A DNA stretch of 20,000 nucleotides from an uncultured virus (IMG/VR IMGVR_UViG_2684623188_000002) (lineage: Duplodnaviria > Heunggongvirae > Uroviricota > Caudoviricetes): IMG/VR virus record IMGVR_UViG_2684623188_000002; one strand, given 5' to 3'. The position numbers and the translations under genes were made by a program. This document shows, one piece after another, positions 1 through 7,950 of the stretch. Position 1 is the first letter of the stretch. Every line of letters starts with the position of its first letter. The notes below the pieces were generated by a model that was given only the letters and a program-made list of their open reading frames with translations, ran no database searches and had not been told where the DNA came from.

Positions 1-2
1 AG

Positions 3-320
3 GCTTTCGGTCTACAGCTCGTGCTCGGCGGGAGCTTTTTCTCCGACAAGGAGCATCCTGCCGACATTGAGGCCACCGTGTACCTACCATCACCCATGGT
101 GATCGCGCACGGGCCATTAATGGCGCTCAACAATGGGCACGAGAACAGTCGCATTAAGAATTCCTTCAGGGCTGACTTCTATGTCAGTCTGATGGTTGCA
201 GGATGCATGAACCTTGGTCAGTTTTTTCAGTACGTCGGCCCCAAAACAGCACATGACAAGGGGCTTCACGAAAAGGATGCGCGCGGCGTAATTGAGGTGG
301 AAGCATGGGAACTTGGGTAG
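3..320 (+). CDS. DUF6932-like nucleotidyltransferase-fold protein (5' partial)
   Basis: Frame is open from the window start; LVLGGSFFSDKEHPADIE resembles the hGS..K..P.DhD pol-beta NTase motif. Confidence 0.6.
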   Translation, partial: AFGLQLVLGGSFFSDKEHPADIEATVYLPSPMVIAHGPLMALNNGHENSRIKNSFRADFYVSLMVAGCMNLGQFFQYVGPKTAHDKGLHEKDARGVIEVEAWELG

Positions 321-1279
321 AACAGGTCCACAAAAGGGCATCAGTTTTTCAGGATCAGATCGTCGCAGCCAAGCAGACCCAGATTGCACACGGCGTCGAA
401 TTGGGGCAAATGATCGAATTCCTACAAAGCAAACTTCGTGATTTATACGAAGAAGAGATGCCTTTGGCCAAAATTTACGACACATCAGATTTGGTGTTCC
501 ATGCCGAAGGGCCATCTACTGCCTCTGCAACCCCCGGCCTCCATGCTTTTAACTGGCTGTGCGGATCGGCTGAGAAGCAACTAAAGATGCTAGCCCGCTC
601 CATTTTTGACCTTTCAGATCGTGATGCAAAGAAGCTCTCGAACAATCTGGATCTGAGATTTACTGGCTTTGCCCCAGGCAGCATCTATGCAGGATTCACT
701 CTCTCTGAAATCCCATCGATTCTAGATAGCGACGAGCCGGAATTGATTTTTTCGGTTCTGAAACAGGCCATCAGACAGCTGCCAGCAATACCTGAGTTTA
801 TCGGTGATGAGCGAGTAAGCGGTGCGATAAACGAGCTGATTCCCGACCCCGCAATGCGTGATGCTAGCTTGGAAACCGTGTTCAAGTTGTCTCCAACTGG
901 GAGGGCAGGTATCCATACTGTCGACATCTCCTCTCCCGATGCAAGAGTAGCCTCGCTTACAACGCGAGAGCGCGTAGTCCTTAGAGATGCACTTCAGAAA
1001 CCCGTAACGAACACCAAAAAATTTGGGCGCTTTGTCGGTGAGGTTCGCGAAATTGACCTCGACTCCGGAAGGTTCCATCTGCGAAATGTGCTCGACATCG
1101 GAACGGTCAGGTGCGTAATGCCAGCGGTCACTAGTGAACAAGGGCAGAAGCTTCTCGGCGCTCAAGTCTTGGTTGAAGGTCAGTACGAATGCGATGCGTC
1201 CGGGAGACCGCGACTAATGTTCGTAGAAACAGTAAAGCCCTCTAAAGAGATTGATTTACAAACCTCAATAACATTTTGA
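305..1279 (+). CDS. Hypothetical protein, partner of the upstream NTase-like gene; possible C-terminal OB-like beta domain
   Basis: 324-aa ORF overlapping the upstream gene by 16 nt and followed by a terminator. Confidence 0.8.
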   Translation: MGTWVEQVHKRASVFQDQIVAAKQTQIAHGVELGQMIEFLQSKLRDLYEEEMPLAKIYDTSDLVFHAEGPSTASATPGLHAFNWLCGSAEKQLKMLARSIFDLSDRDAKKLSNNLDLRFTGFAPGSIYAGFTLSEIPSILDSDEPELIFSVLKQAIRQLPAIPEFIGDERVSGAINELIPDPAMRDASLETVFKLSPTGRAGIHTVDISSPDARVASLTTRERVVLRDALQKPVTNTKKFGRFVGEVREIDLDSGRFHLRNVLDIGTVRCVMPAVTSEQGQKLLGAQVLVEGQYECDASGRPRLMFVETVKPSKEIDLQTSITF

Positions 1280-1283
1280 ACCC

Positions 1284-1310
1284 AAGCCCGGCCCTGTGCC
1301 GGGCTTTTCG
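1284..1310 (+). terminator. Intrinsic terminator
   Basis: AAGCCCGGC-cctgt-GCCGGGCTT followed by TTCG, just after the stop at 1279. Confidence 0.85.
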
Positions 1311-1425
1311 TTCCGCCCTTCCCTACCTATCTCTTCGTCAACCCCGCCACCACCAGCCGCTCCGAGAAAAAGGCTCAATCTGATGATAGGATCGGCAACC
1401 CAAGCGCTCAGCGGAAGAGTCTCCA

Positions 1426-1890
1426 GTGACCAAAATCATCTGCGCCAAAGAATTCGACATCTGCGTATCAATGTCTGATGTCGTTACCTGGCAAGACGGC
1501 GAAAAGACCCCCGACATCGATCTGCAGGCGGTATTCAATATCCTTGGCATACCAGCCAACATTCTCGATCTACATAACCTGTACTTTGCCCATTCGTACA
1601 ACGGTACCGGCGACGTCCATGTTTACCATGCCGAAAATAATGGTGGCAGCATACTCGCCGTCAATATGTACAGAGACCTAACCGATCAGCTCGATCTCAC
1701 GCTTATCTGTTTACGTGTGGAGAGCCCTGATTTTGAGCTCGCCCTCTCACACCTCAGATCGTTCTTCGACAAGACCAAATGCCAGGTGGCGTTTGAGCAA
1801 TTCGGACATTCACTACGACTTCACGCGATGCTTGACGAAAGCAGGTATCCCCGTCCCGTCGAAGAAGATAATGACTTCATGCAGCAATAG
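1426..1890 (+). CDS. Hypothetical protein
   Basis: 154-aa ORF, GTG start, protein-like composition. Confidence 0.65.
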   Translation: MTKIICAKEFDICVSMSDVVTWQDGEKTPDIDLQAVFNILGIPANILDLHNLYFAHSYNGTGDVHVYHAENNGGSILAVNMYRDLTDQLDLTLICLRVESPDFELALSHLRSFFDKTKCQVAFEQFGHSLRLHAMLDESRYPRPVEEDNDFMQQ

Positions 1891-2033
1891 TTCATCCATC
1901 GTTGAAATTTGATAGCCAGAACTGTCGAAAGCTTCAGCTTATGTCGTTTTTTTGCTTACCCCTCCCCCGTCACGCCTTCGTCACATCCACCAAGCACAAT
2001 GCGGTCAGCCAAAGGGATTTGGCTCCATCTATA

Positions 2034-2063
2034 GAGAGCCCGCCATCTGTGGGCTTTTTGTTG
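2034..2063 (+). terminator. Intrinsic terminator (copy 1 of a 30-bp repeat)
   Basis: GAGCCCGC-catct-GTGGGCTT hairpin followed by a T-tract. Confidence 0.75.
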
Positions 2064-2114
2064 TCTGCTCTCCCTAACTGCTACGCTTTCGATTCCCCGA
2101 ATGGAATCGACCTC

Positions 2115-2330
2115 ATGTCTGATCAATACACCCTCCCCGACCTCCTCGAAAGAATGTACGAGAATCAGCTCGCCCTAGAAGCAGCCATCATGGAGCTCAC
2201 TCTGTGGGTTGAGCAACGCGGATCGGCAGACGTCGGCGAGAACGTTCGCGGGGCACTGTATGCGATCGATGAGAATGCCGGGCACATCAAGCAGGGGCTG
2301 GCAAGGCTGAGGGTCTCCCAACAGCAATAA
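2115..2330 (+). CDS. Small helical hypothetical protein (71 aa)
   Basis: MSDQYTLPDLLERMYENQLALEAA...; ATG 2115 lies downstream of the terminator and GGA; bounded by two terminators. Confidence 0.7.
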   Translation: MSDQYTLPDLLERMYENQLALEAAIMELTLWVEQRGSADVGENVRGALYAIDENAGHIKQGLARLRVSQQQ

Positions 2331-2345
2331 CCCCCCTCGCCGATC

Positions 2346-2375
2346 GAGAGCCCGCCACGTGCGGGCTTTTTGTTG
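2346..2375 (+). terminator. Intrinsic terminator (copy 2 of the 30-bp repeat)
   Basis: GAGCCCGC-cacgt-GCGGGCTT hairpin followed by a T-tract. Confidence 0.85.
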
Positions 2376-2390
2376 CCTTTCAAAAATAAT

Positions 2391-2432
2391 AATACCAATG
2401 GCATTGACGAATAACATTGCCATTGGTATTGT
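2391..2432 (+). promoter_or_regulatory. pL-like sigma70 promoter with two repressor operators
   Basis: -35 TTGACG (2404-2409), 17-nt spacer, -10 TATTGT (2427-2432); near-palindromes AATACCAATGGCATT (2391-2405) and ATTGCCATTGGTATT (2416-2430) are inverted copies (14/15). Confidence 0.85.
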
Positions 2433-2439
2433 TTATTCC

Positions 2440-3055
2440 AAGCCGAGACATCACCGGCCCAGCAGCGAAAGCCGCGACCGCTCTTTAAAAATTCAGAACA
2501 CGATCCTGCTGCGGAAATAACAGCGGGGCCTCCTGTCCGGCAAGGACAGGGAGGGTCGATGCAAAGGCTCTCAACAAACCCTAACGATTGGCCGCTACGC
2601 CTCTACTGGAGACCGGCGATCCGATCTGACCTACCGCCCCGGGAGTGACTGGGACGATGGAAGGAAACGCAGGGAGAACCTGCGGCGGACGAGGGATACC
2701 GAACTGGCGAATGACCCAGACATGCGTAGCGAGACAGATTCAAAAATTAGCGCTCTGAGCCTCGGCTATGAGGAGCGCCGGACCTCATGCGGTGTGCCGT
2801 AAAAATCACTCAGGCACAGGGCTGTACGCCGCATGTTGTAGATACCCGATGACCGCACCAGCAACGCTGATCGAGCTGGCGCGAACAGGGAAGCCCACCG
2901 CCGCACCTATATACCGAAACCTGTAATCAGCAAGCGGGGATTAGGCCTCAGGCAACACCACATCGCCGACGAAGTAGCCCCGGTCTGACGCCAGTAGCGT
3001 GACCGGGTGTTTTACGAACAGTTTCACCATTGCACCTGGCTTGCCGGGTGCAGCG
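2440..3055 (+). ncRNA. Long structured 5' leader RNA (function unknown)
   Basis: No + strand ORF of 60 aa or more before 2999; series of hairpins and long-range helices (see findings). Confidence 0.5.
2462..2490 (+). promoter_or_regulatory. nut-like antitermination site (GAAA-loop hairpin + boxA)
   Basis: CGCTCTTTAAAA (2479-2490) matches the boxA consensus, ~45 nt after the promoter, preceded by GCAGC-GAAA-GCCGC. Confidence 0.7.
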
Positions 3056-3079
3056 GGAAACCAACCGGGAGTCATGACG

Positions 3080-3463
3080 ATGGAAGCAACAATCATCAAC
3101 GGCGCATGGAAGGGCCACCTCGGTCGTGGCCTTGCGCCGCGAGAGCTTCAGTTCCTTCTCTGGATTGCCCAGGGATTCACCTCGAAAGAGATCGCCAGAG
3201 AGGCTGGTATCGAAGCCGGCACCGTCAAAAAGCGCCTCACTAACGCGATGTTCAAGCTTGGCGTTACGCGGCGCACCGCCCTGGTGGCCGAGGCCATGAA
3301 GCGGCAGATCATCACGCCGATGTGTTTTGTCCTGGCGGCGCTGGTCGCCATCCATTCAATGCTTGATGACGAATCGATGCGTCGTGATCGCCGAGTGCCA
3401 GACAGGCGCACGGCTCAGATTCGGATGGTGCGTCGAGCCGAATGCCCTGCCCTGACCGTATGA
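3080..3463 (+). CDS. LuxR/GerE-type HTH regulator with Arg-rich C-terminus
   Basis: LAPRELQFLLWIAQGFTSKEIAREAGIEAGTVKKRLTNAMFKLGV matches the LuxR HTH; RBS GGGAG upstream of ATG 3080 (ATG 3074 is an alternative). Confidence 0.85.
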   Translation: MEATIINGAWKGHLGRGLAPRELQFLLWIAQGFTSKEIAREAGIEAGTVKKRLTNAMFKLGVTRRTALVAEAMKRQIITPMCFVLAALVAIHSMLDDESMRRDRRVPDRRTAQIRMVRRAECPALTV

Positions 3464-3539
3464 CCGAAACACAGCTTTCACTGGTTGGCCTTGGCAGCAG
3501 GGCCAGACGGGAAATCAACGAAATTGCACGGAGCACCAA

Positions 3540-4295
3540 ATGAGCGAACAAACACTTCAAGCGCTACTGGCTGAGCGAGTCACTGCGTTTGCAGCAAGTG
3601 ATCAGCCCGCAGCCATCATCGACGAACATGTAAAAGTCATGTTCACCAAGGTGATCGATAACTGCTTTGGCCGTTATGGCGAGATGGCCAAGCTGGTTGA
3701 GGAAGCGATCAAAGCAGCGTTGCCCGCCAACCTCAGCAGCGTCTTCGAGTTGACGCGCTACAACGCAATGATCGCCAAAGCGCTGCAGGAAAAGTGGGAA
3801 AACAGCGGTGTCGAGGCCGACATGGTCCGTCGTGCACAACAGGCTATCGACGAAGTCCTCAACAAGGACCAAATGCCGGAGGTGGTCAGCTTGCAAGAGC
3901 TGCTCGAAGCATTCGTTGATGAGCACAAGGAAAGTGCCGCGGAAGAGCGCTGGGAGCAGCCGGATGTTCGCTTCCAGGAATCCGATTACGGCGGCCTGCA
4001 CATCTACTTCGACAAGAAGCCAAAGGAAGAGTCCCCCTATACCAGCCGCGAGCGCAGCGAATACAGCCTGGATAACGCGATCCATATCTCGTTCGATAAG
4101 CGCGGCAATGACCGCGATGATAAAGGTCGTCAGGTTGGCACCGTATACGCCGCCCGTATCGATAACGAGAAGATCGGCCAAACCCTGCGCTTCAGGTCGA
4201 AGTTCGAGAAGCTGCTCGCCAGTCTCTACTTTGGCGCCTCCAAGATCTTGGTGGACTGCGAAGAAGACGACTTCAGCTACGGGCTGTACGACTGA
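3540..4295 (+). CDS. Phage hypothetical protein
   Basis: 251-aa ORF, GGAG RBS, typical codon usage. Confidence 0.85.
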   Translation: MSEQTLQALLAERVTAFAASDQPAAIIDEHVKVMFTKVIDNCFGRYGEMAKLVEEAIKAALPANLSSVFELTRYNAMIAKALQEKWENSGVEADMVRRAQQAIDEVLNKDQMPEVVSLQELLEAFVDEHKESAAEERWEQPDVRFQESDYGGLHIYFDKKPKEESPYTSRERSEYSLDNAIHISFDKRGNDRDDKGRQVGTVYAARIDNEKIGQTLRFRSKFEKLLASLYFGASKILVDCEEDDFSYGLYD

Positions 4296-4299
4296 CCAA

Positions 4300-4525
4300 C
4301 CAGCGCCACGTCAGCCTGACGACAACTGCCCGAGCACCTGGTACTCCCCAGCACCAGGCTGCATCGGAGTGTGATCTGGCGTGTGACTGGCTTGCACGCC
4401 CGGCTAAACAGAACGTTGCGCTGGGTGCAACCGGCGCTTCCGACTGGAGGGTAGCCAGCCCCTCTCGCCAGATCACACCCCGATGCGGACGAAACTGCGG
4501 CCTATAACCGCCCACCTGCATCACC
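4300..4525 (+). ncRNA. Structured intergenic RNA element closed by a 21-bp stem
   Basis: 4361-4381 pairs with 4466-4486 (1 mismatch), with internal and flanking hairpins. Confidence 0.5.
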
Positions 4526-4565
4526 AATGCGAACCGTGAGCGACGAGCCGGCAAGGCGAAACGAA

Positions 4566-4904
4566 CTACTTTGCGGCGTAGCTTTTGCACATATCCTGTC
4601 CCATGGCCGCCATGCCTGAGCTGTTGAGGGCCTGCACCATAACCCCGACTTCGCCTTTGTAAGCGGGGTCTGAGCTCACTTTTCGGACTTCGGCCTTGGT
4701 TGCTTCATCCATCTTAGGATCGCTGACCATAGCATTTTCGATAGAGCCATTTAAGCCAGGGTTTGCCTTATTGCAGATCTGCCCCATTGCAACGAGCGTT
4801 ACGGCAACTTGATGCGTATCAACGGCTTGATTCGCGAAAGTGCTGCTGGCAAAGCCAAAGCTCACCAGGGACAGGCACAGTGTTGCGTTCCTTAATGAAA
4901 ACAC
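4566..4904 (-). CDS. Putative secreted/periplasmic protein (moron)
   Basis: Signal-peptide-like N-terminus (MFSLRNATLCLSLVSFGFASSTFA), two Cys in the mature part, GGAG RBS. Confidence 0.75.
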   Translation of the reverse strand: MFSLRNATLCLSLVSFGFASSTFANQAVDTHQVAVTLVAMGQICNKANPGLNGSIENAMVSDPKMDEATKAEVRKVSSDPAYKGEVGVMVQALNSSGMAAMGQDMCKSYAAK

Positions 4905-5068
4905 TCAACAGCTCCTAGACGTTCAAATAAATAAGTACGGCCGAGGCCTTATCGGCCGAAAGCTTCTCGGCTTTACCCCTGCCCAAAACCCAATACACCA
5001 ACATTCCCCTCCGCGCCCAACGGTAAGCAGCGGAACAGATGAGTGCAGCCGAGTGGTTTTGAATCAGA

Positions 5069-5428
5069 TCACGACCTGAAAGCGCGACTAGAGATGCTGA
5101 CGTTATTTTGGTCCGGATCTTTGGCATTGGAAAAGCTGTATCCCTCGGCCTCATGCGTAGCCCCGAAATGCAGCCCCTTTGCTGCGGCGGCATCTTTGAA
5201 AGCCTGAACATCACCCACATCGAAAACGAGCTTGATGCAAGCTTGGCCGGTCTTAACGCTTTTAGCTGCTTTGTGCAGAAGTAGCTTGATACCACCTGCC
5301 GGCGAGCTCAGCTCCGTGATGCCATTGAGTTCCGGCAATGCGGAAAACCCAAAATGCCGAGTGTAGAAATCAGATGTTTTCGCGACATCCTTCGCATAAA
5401 TGATCACCGCATTGATTGCTGGCTTCAT
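5069..5428 (-). CDS. VOC family (glyoxalase/bleomycin-resistance-like) protein
   Basis: AVIIYAKDVAKTSDFYTRHFGF...LVFDVGDV...KDPDQN motifs; GGAGG RBS. Confidence 0.9.
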   Translation of the reverse strand: MKPAINAVIIYAKDVAKTSDFYTRHFGFSALPELNGITELSSPAGGIKLLLHKAAKSVKTGQACIKLVFDVGDVQAFKDAAAAKGLHFGATHEAEGYSFSNAKDPDQNNVSISSRAFRS

Positions 5429-5521
5429 ATCACCCTCCCTGGTTGGTCACTCAATTCAACCGACGATATTAGACGTAAATCCTCACTACATCACTCCCCC
5501 CTCACCACTCTGGAAGCAACC

Positions 5522-5770
5522 ATGCACCCAGCCATTCAGCTCGCAAACGATGTTCGCAAGGCACTGCGTCAACGCTCACATATAGCGATCGCCGACTTCT
5601 ACGAGTTGATCGGCCAACCGGTGCCCGGCGCACCGCCGCGCTTCGTTGTGAAGCTGGCGGGTAAAGCTTTCTTCCATGTGGTGGACAGTCGCACCGGCAA
5701 GGTCCGGGGCTTTCGCCGCGATCACAATGAAGCGTGCGCTCTGGCGCGCCAGCTTGAACAAAAGGAGTAG
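5522..5770 (+). CDS. Phage hypothetical protein (82 aa)
   Basis: ATG 5522 with GGAAG upstream; followed closely by the next ORF. Confidence 0.75.
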   Translation: MHPAIQLANDVRKALRQRSHIAIADFYELIGQPVPGAPPRFVVKLAGKAFFHVVDSRTGKVRGFRRDHNEACALARQLEQKE

Positions 5771-5775
5771 CTGCG

Positions 5776-6009
5776 ATGGCAACCAGTTACGCCGATAGCG
5801 CCCAAGCCCGGGAGTGGGATAAGCGCTTCGATGACTGGGGTAAGCCGCGAACCACCCTGGCTGAGATCGCGCACGACTACAACAACGAGGCAGATCTCGC
5901 TGCGAGGCGTGAGCAAGAAGTAGCCGACCGCGCCAGGCTCAAGCGTCGCATTGGCTTAGCCATGACGCAGATGGAGGCGATCTGCCCGCCAGTAGGAGGC
6001 ACAAAGTGA
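5776..6009 (+). CDS. Phage hypothetical protein
   Basis: AGGAG RBS; GTGA overlap with the next gene. Confidence 0.8.
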   Translation: MATSYADSAQAREWDKRFDDWGKPRTTLAEIAHDYNNEADLAARREQEVADRARLKRRIGLAMTQMEAICPPVGGTK

Positions 6010-6239
6010 ACGTCCAGCAACGCAACCACCAAACCGCAATCACCTGGATCGAGGGCGAGATCGGCAACATGGTCCGCGACCTCGGCAAGGCCAACGCCAG
6101 TTCAGCGGCGACATCAGCGATCACCCTAGCCTTCCTGCTTCACGTCATCAGCGAAGACGAACACCGGGAGTACCGGGCTCGAATTGACCAGATCTACGCC
6201 ACCTACAACGCATCGCTCAAGCAAGGAGCTGCCGCATGA
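6006..6239 (+). CDS. Phage hypothetical protein
   Basis: GGAGG RBS; 4-nt overlaps at both ends. Confidence 0.8.
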   Translation: MNVQQRNHQTAITWIEGEIGNMVRDLGKANASSAATSAITLAFLLHVISEDEHREYRARIDQIYATYNASLKQGAAA

Positions 6240-6436
6240 CTACTTCACCAGTGAAAACCCTAGTCGATGAACAGCTCGAAGATATCACCGCGCACAACCA
6301 GTGCGAAGCTTATGGCTTGGCCGAACGGCGCGGGTTCTTCGACGCACCGATTGAGCAGTACACCGAGACTGGCGATGGCGGTCACGTCCTACAGGTGCTG
6401 CGTTACCGAGTTGCTCAACTGGACCGTGAGCGATGA
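6236..6436 (+). CDS. Phage hypothetical protein
   Basis: AGGAG RBS; ATGA overlaps at both ends. Confidence 0.7.
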   Translation: MTTSPVKTLVDEQLEDITAHNQCEAYGLAERRGFFDAPIEQYTETGDGGHVLQVLRYRVAQLDRER

Positions 6437-6609
6437 GCGGCCATGGCGCGCATTTGCGCGGCCAAAACCTGGCCAAGCGCTGCGCAAAGCTTCGGCGAGA
6501 AGGTCTGCCGCTGACCGAAGTCGCCCAGATCGCCGGTGTCACTCGCGAGCAAGTCGCAGCCAAGATAAAGCTGGGCGAGCGCCTTCTGTCACTGGTTGAG
6601 TCTGCATGA
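6433..6609 (+). CDS. Small HTH-like protein (58 aa, not in the ORF track)
   Basis: MSGHGAHLRGQNLAKRCAKLRREGLPLTEVAQIAGVTREQVAAKIKLGERLLSLVESA; ATGA overlaps at both ends; HTH pattern. Confidence 0.7.
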   Translation: MSGHGAHLRGQNLAKRCAKLRREGLPLTEVAQIAGVTREQVAAKIKLGERLLSLVESA

Positions 6610-6722
6610 CAAGCCGCCAGAGTATCCGTCAGATCGTCTTCTGGCGAAGTTCGCTCGTAGCTCACACCCTCTGTACCGCCGCGATGTTGCTAACCGCCTT
6701 CACAAATCGCGTAACCCAATAA
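6606..6722 (+). CDS. Small putative membrane peptide (38 aa)
   Basis: MTSRQSIRQIVFWRSSLVAHTLCTAAMLLTAFTNRVTQ; ATGA-coupled to the previous gene. Confidence 0.5.
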   Translation: MTSRQSIRQIVFWRSSLVAHTLCTAAMLLTAFTNRVTQ

Positions 6723-6808
6723 CTACATCTTTCAAGGCTGCGCGTGGCGCGGCGAGGAATTGTCATGTCCGCAAATACTAAACAAACTCTCGTACAGAAT
6801 CGCTCGAA

Positions 6809-7897
6809 ATGAGCGAAACCGACGATGCACAAAAATCTAACGCTATAGCCCCTGCGGTAGCCGTCACCGACATCGCCGAATATCGGCCGCACGAAGAACA
6901 GATCGTTCGTCTGGAGACGACTTACGCGAAGCTGGTCGTTGACTGCTCGACCAGCGAAGGCTTGGCTAATGCGAAAGAAGTTCGCGTCGATATCCGCGAC
7001 GTGCGCTATGCCCTGGCGAATACCACCAAGACTGCACTCGTGCCCTATCAACAGAAAGTCAAAGATGCCCAGGCTCGCGTCAACCAGGTTAAGGAGTTCG
7101 GCGACGCGTTGAAGGATCGCGTGTTGGCGATTGAAGCGCCTGTCGACGAAGCAATTAAGGCCGAGGAAAAACGCGTAGCCAACGCCAAAGCCGAGCGCGA
7201 ACGTGTCGAGGCTGAACGCGTCGAAGCCATCAGGGCAAAGATTACCCGCTTCAGCTCTATCGCTGCCGCATATGCAAGCCGTAGCGCTGCCGATATCGCC
7301 GACATTCTGCAAGGCGTCAAGGTGTCGGTGATCCTGCCCGAAGAATATGCCGAGTTCGAAGCTGAAGGCACCATCGCTCGCGACAACGCTATCGAGCAGC
7401 TGGAAACACTGCACAAGTCTGCCGGTGAGCGAGAAGAAGCTGCCGCCAAGCTGCTGGCCCAGCAGAAAGAACTGGACGAGCTGCGCGAGAAGCAACGCAT
7501 TGCCGACGCTGAAGCTGAGGAGCTGCGCAAGCAGCGGGCCGAGGAAGACCGCCTGCGCTTGAAGAAGCAGCAGGACGAGCTGGACCAGCAGCGCCGCGAT
7601 ATGGAAGCACAGCAACGCCAACAGCGTGAACGCGACGCTCAGTATCAGCGCGATCAGGAAGAATTGGCCCGTCTGCGTGCCCAGGCTGCCGCACCCGCTC
7701 CAGCCGCTTCCGTAACTGCGCCCGTGGTCACGGAGAAGGTCGAAGTCGTACAAGTTAGCGCACATGCGGCCGCAGCTGAACCCGACGACGTGACTACGAC
7801 CGCACCATTGGTTGACGACATTGTCGAGGTTGTAGCCCTGGGCTTCGACGTGGACCTCGACACTGCTCGCGCTTGGCTTCGCGCCATCCGCTTCTAA
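6809..7897 (+). CDS. Coiled-coil phage protein upstream of recT
   Basis: 362 aa, E/K/Q/R/A-rich helical repeats, Ala/Pro linker, short C-terminal domain. Confidence 0.85.
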   Translation: MSETDDAQKSNAIAPAVAVTDIAEYRPHEEQIVRLETTYAKLVVDCSTSEGLANAKEVRVDIRDVRYALANTTKTALVPYQQKVKDAQARVNQVKEFGDALKDRVLAIEAPVDEAIKAEEKRVANAKAERERVEAERVEAIRAKITRFSSIAAAYASRSAADIADILQGVKVSVILPEEYAEFEAEGTIARDNAIEQLETLHKSAGEREEAAAKLLAQQKELDELREKQRIADAEAEELRKQRAEEDRLRLKKQQDELDQQRRDMEAQQRQQRERDAQYQRDQEELARLRAQAAAPAPAASVTAPVVTEKVEVVQVSAHAAAAEPDDVTTTAPLVDDIVEVVALGFDVDLDTARAWLRAIRF

Positions 7898-7950
7898 GCA
7901 CCCTTTCCATCTGAAGACCGACCAATCCCATGTTGGCCACGGAGAGCGCA

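Noticed and set aside
1902..2114. N-terminal extension of the 142-aa ORF
   Set aside because: Spans a terminator; ATG 2115 is the more plausible start
4378..4470. tRNA-like element (GGCG...CGCCA)
   Set aside because: No canonical T-arm (GTTCRA in a 5-bp stem), D-arm or anticodon arm
4316..4496. Hammerhead ribozyme (CTGACGA ... CGAAAC)
   Set aside because: Bases after CTGACGA (CAACTG) do not pair with those before GAAA (GCGGAC); stems I and III could not be built
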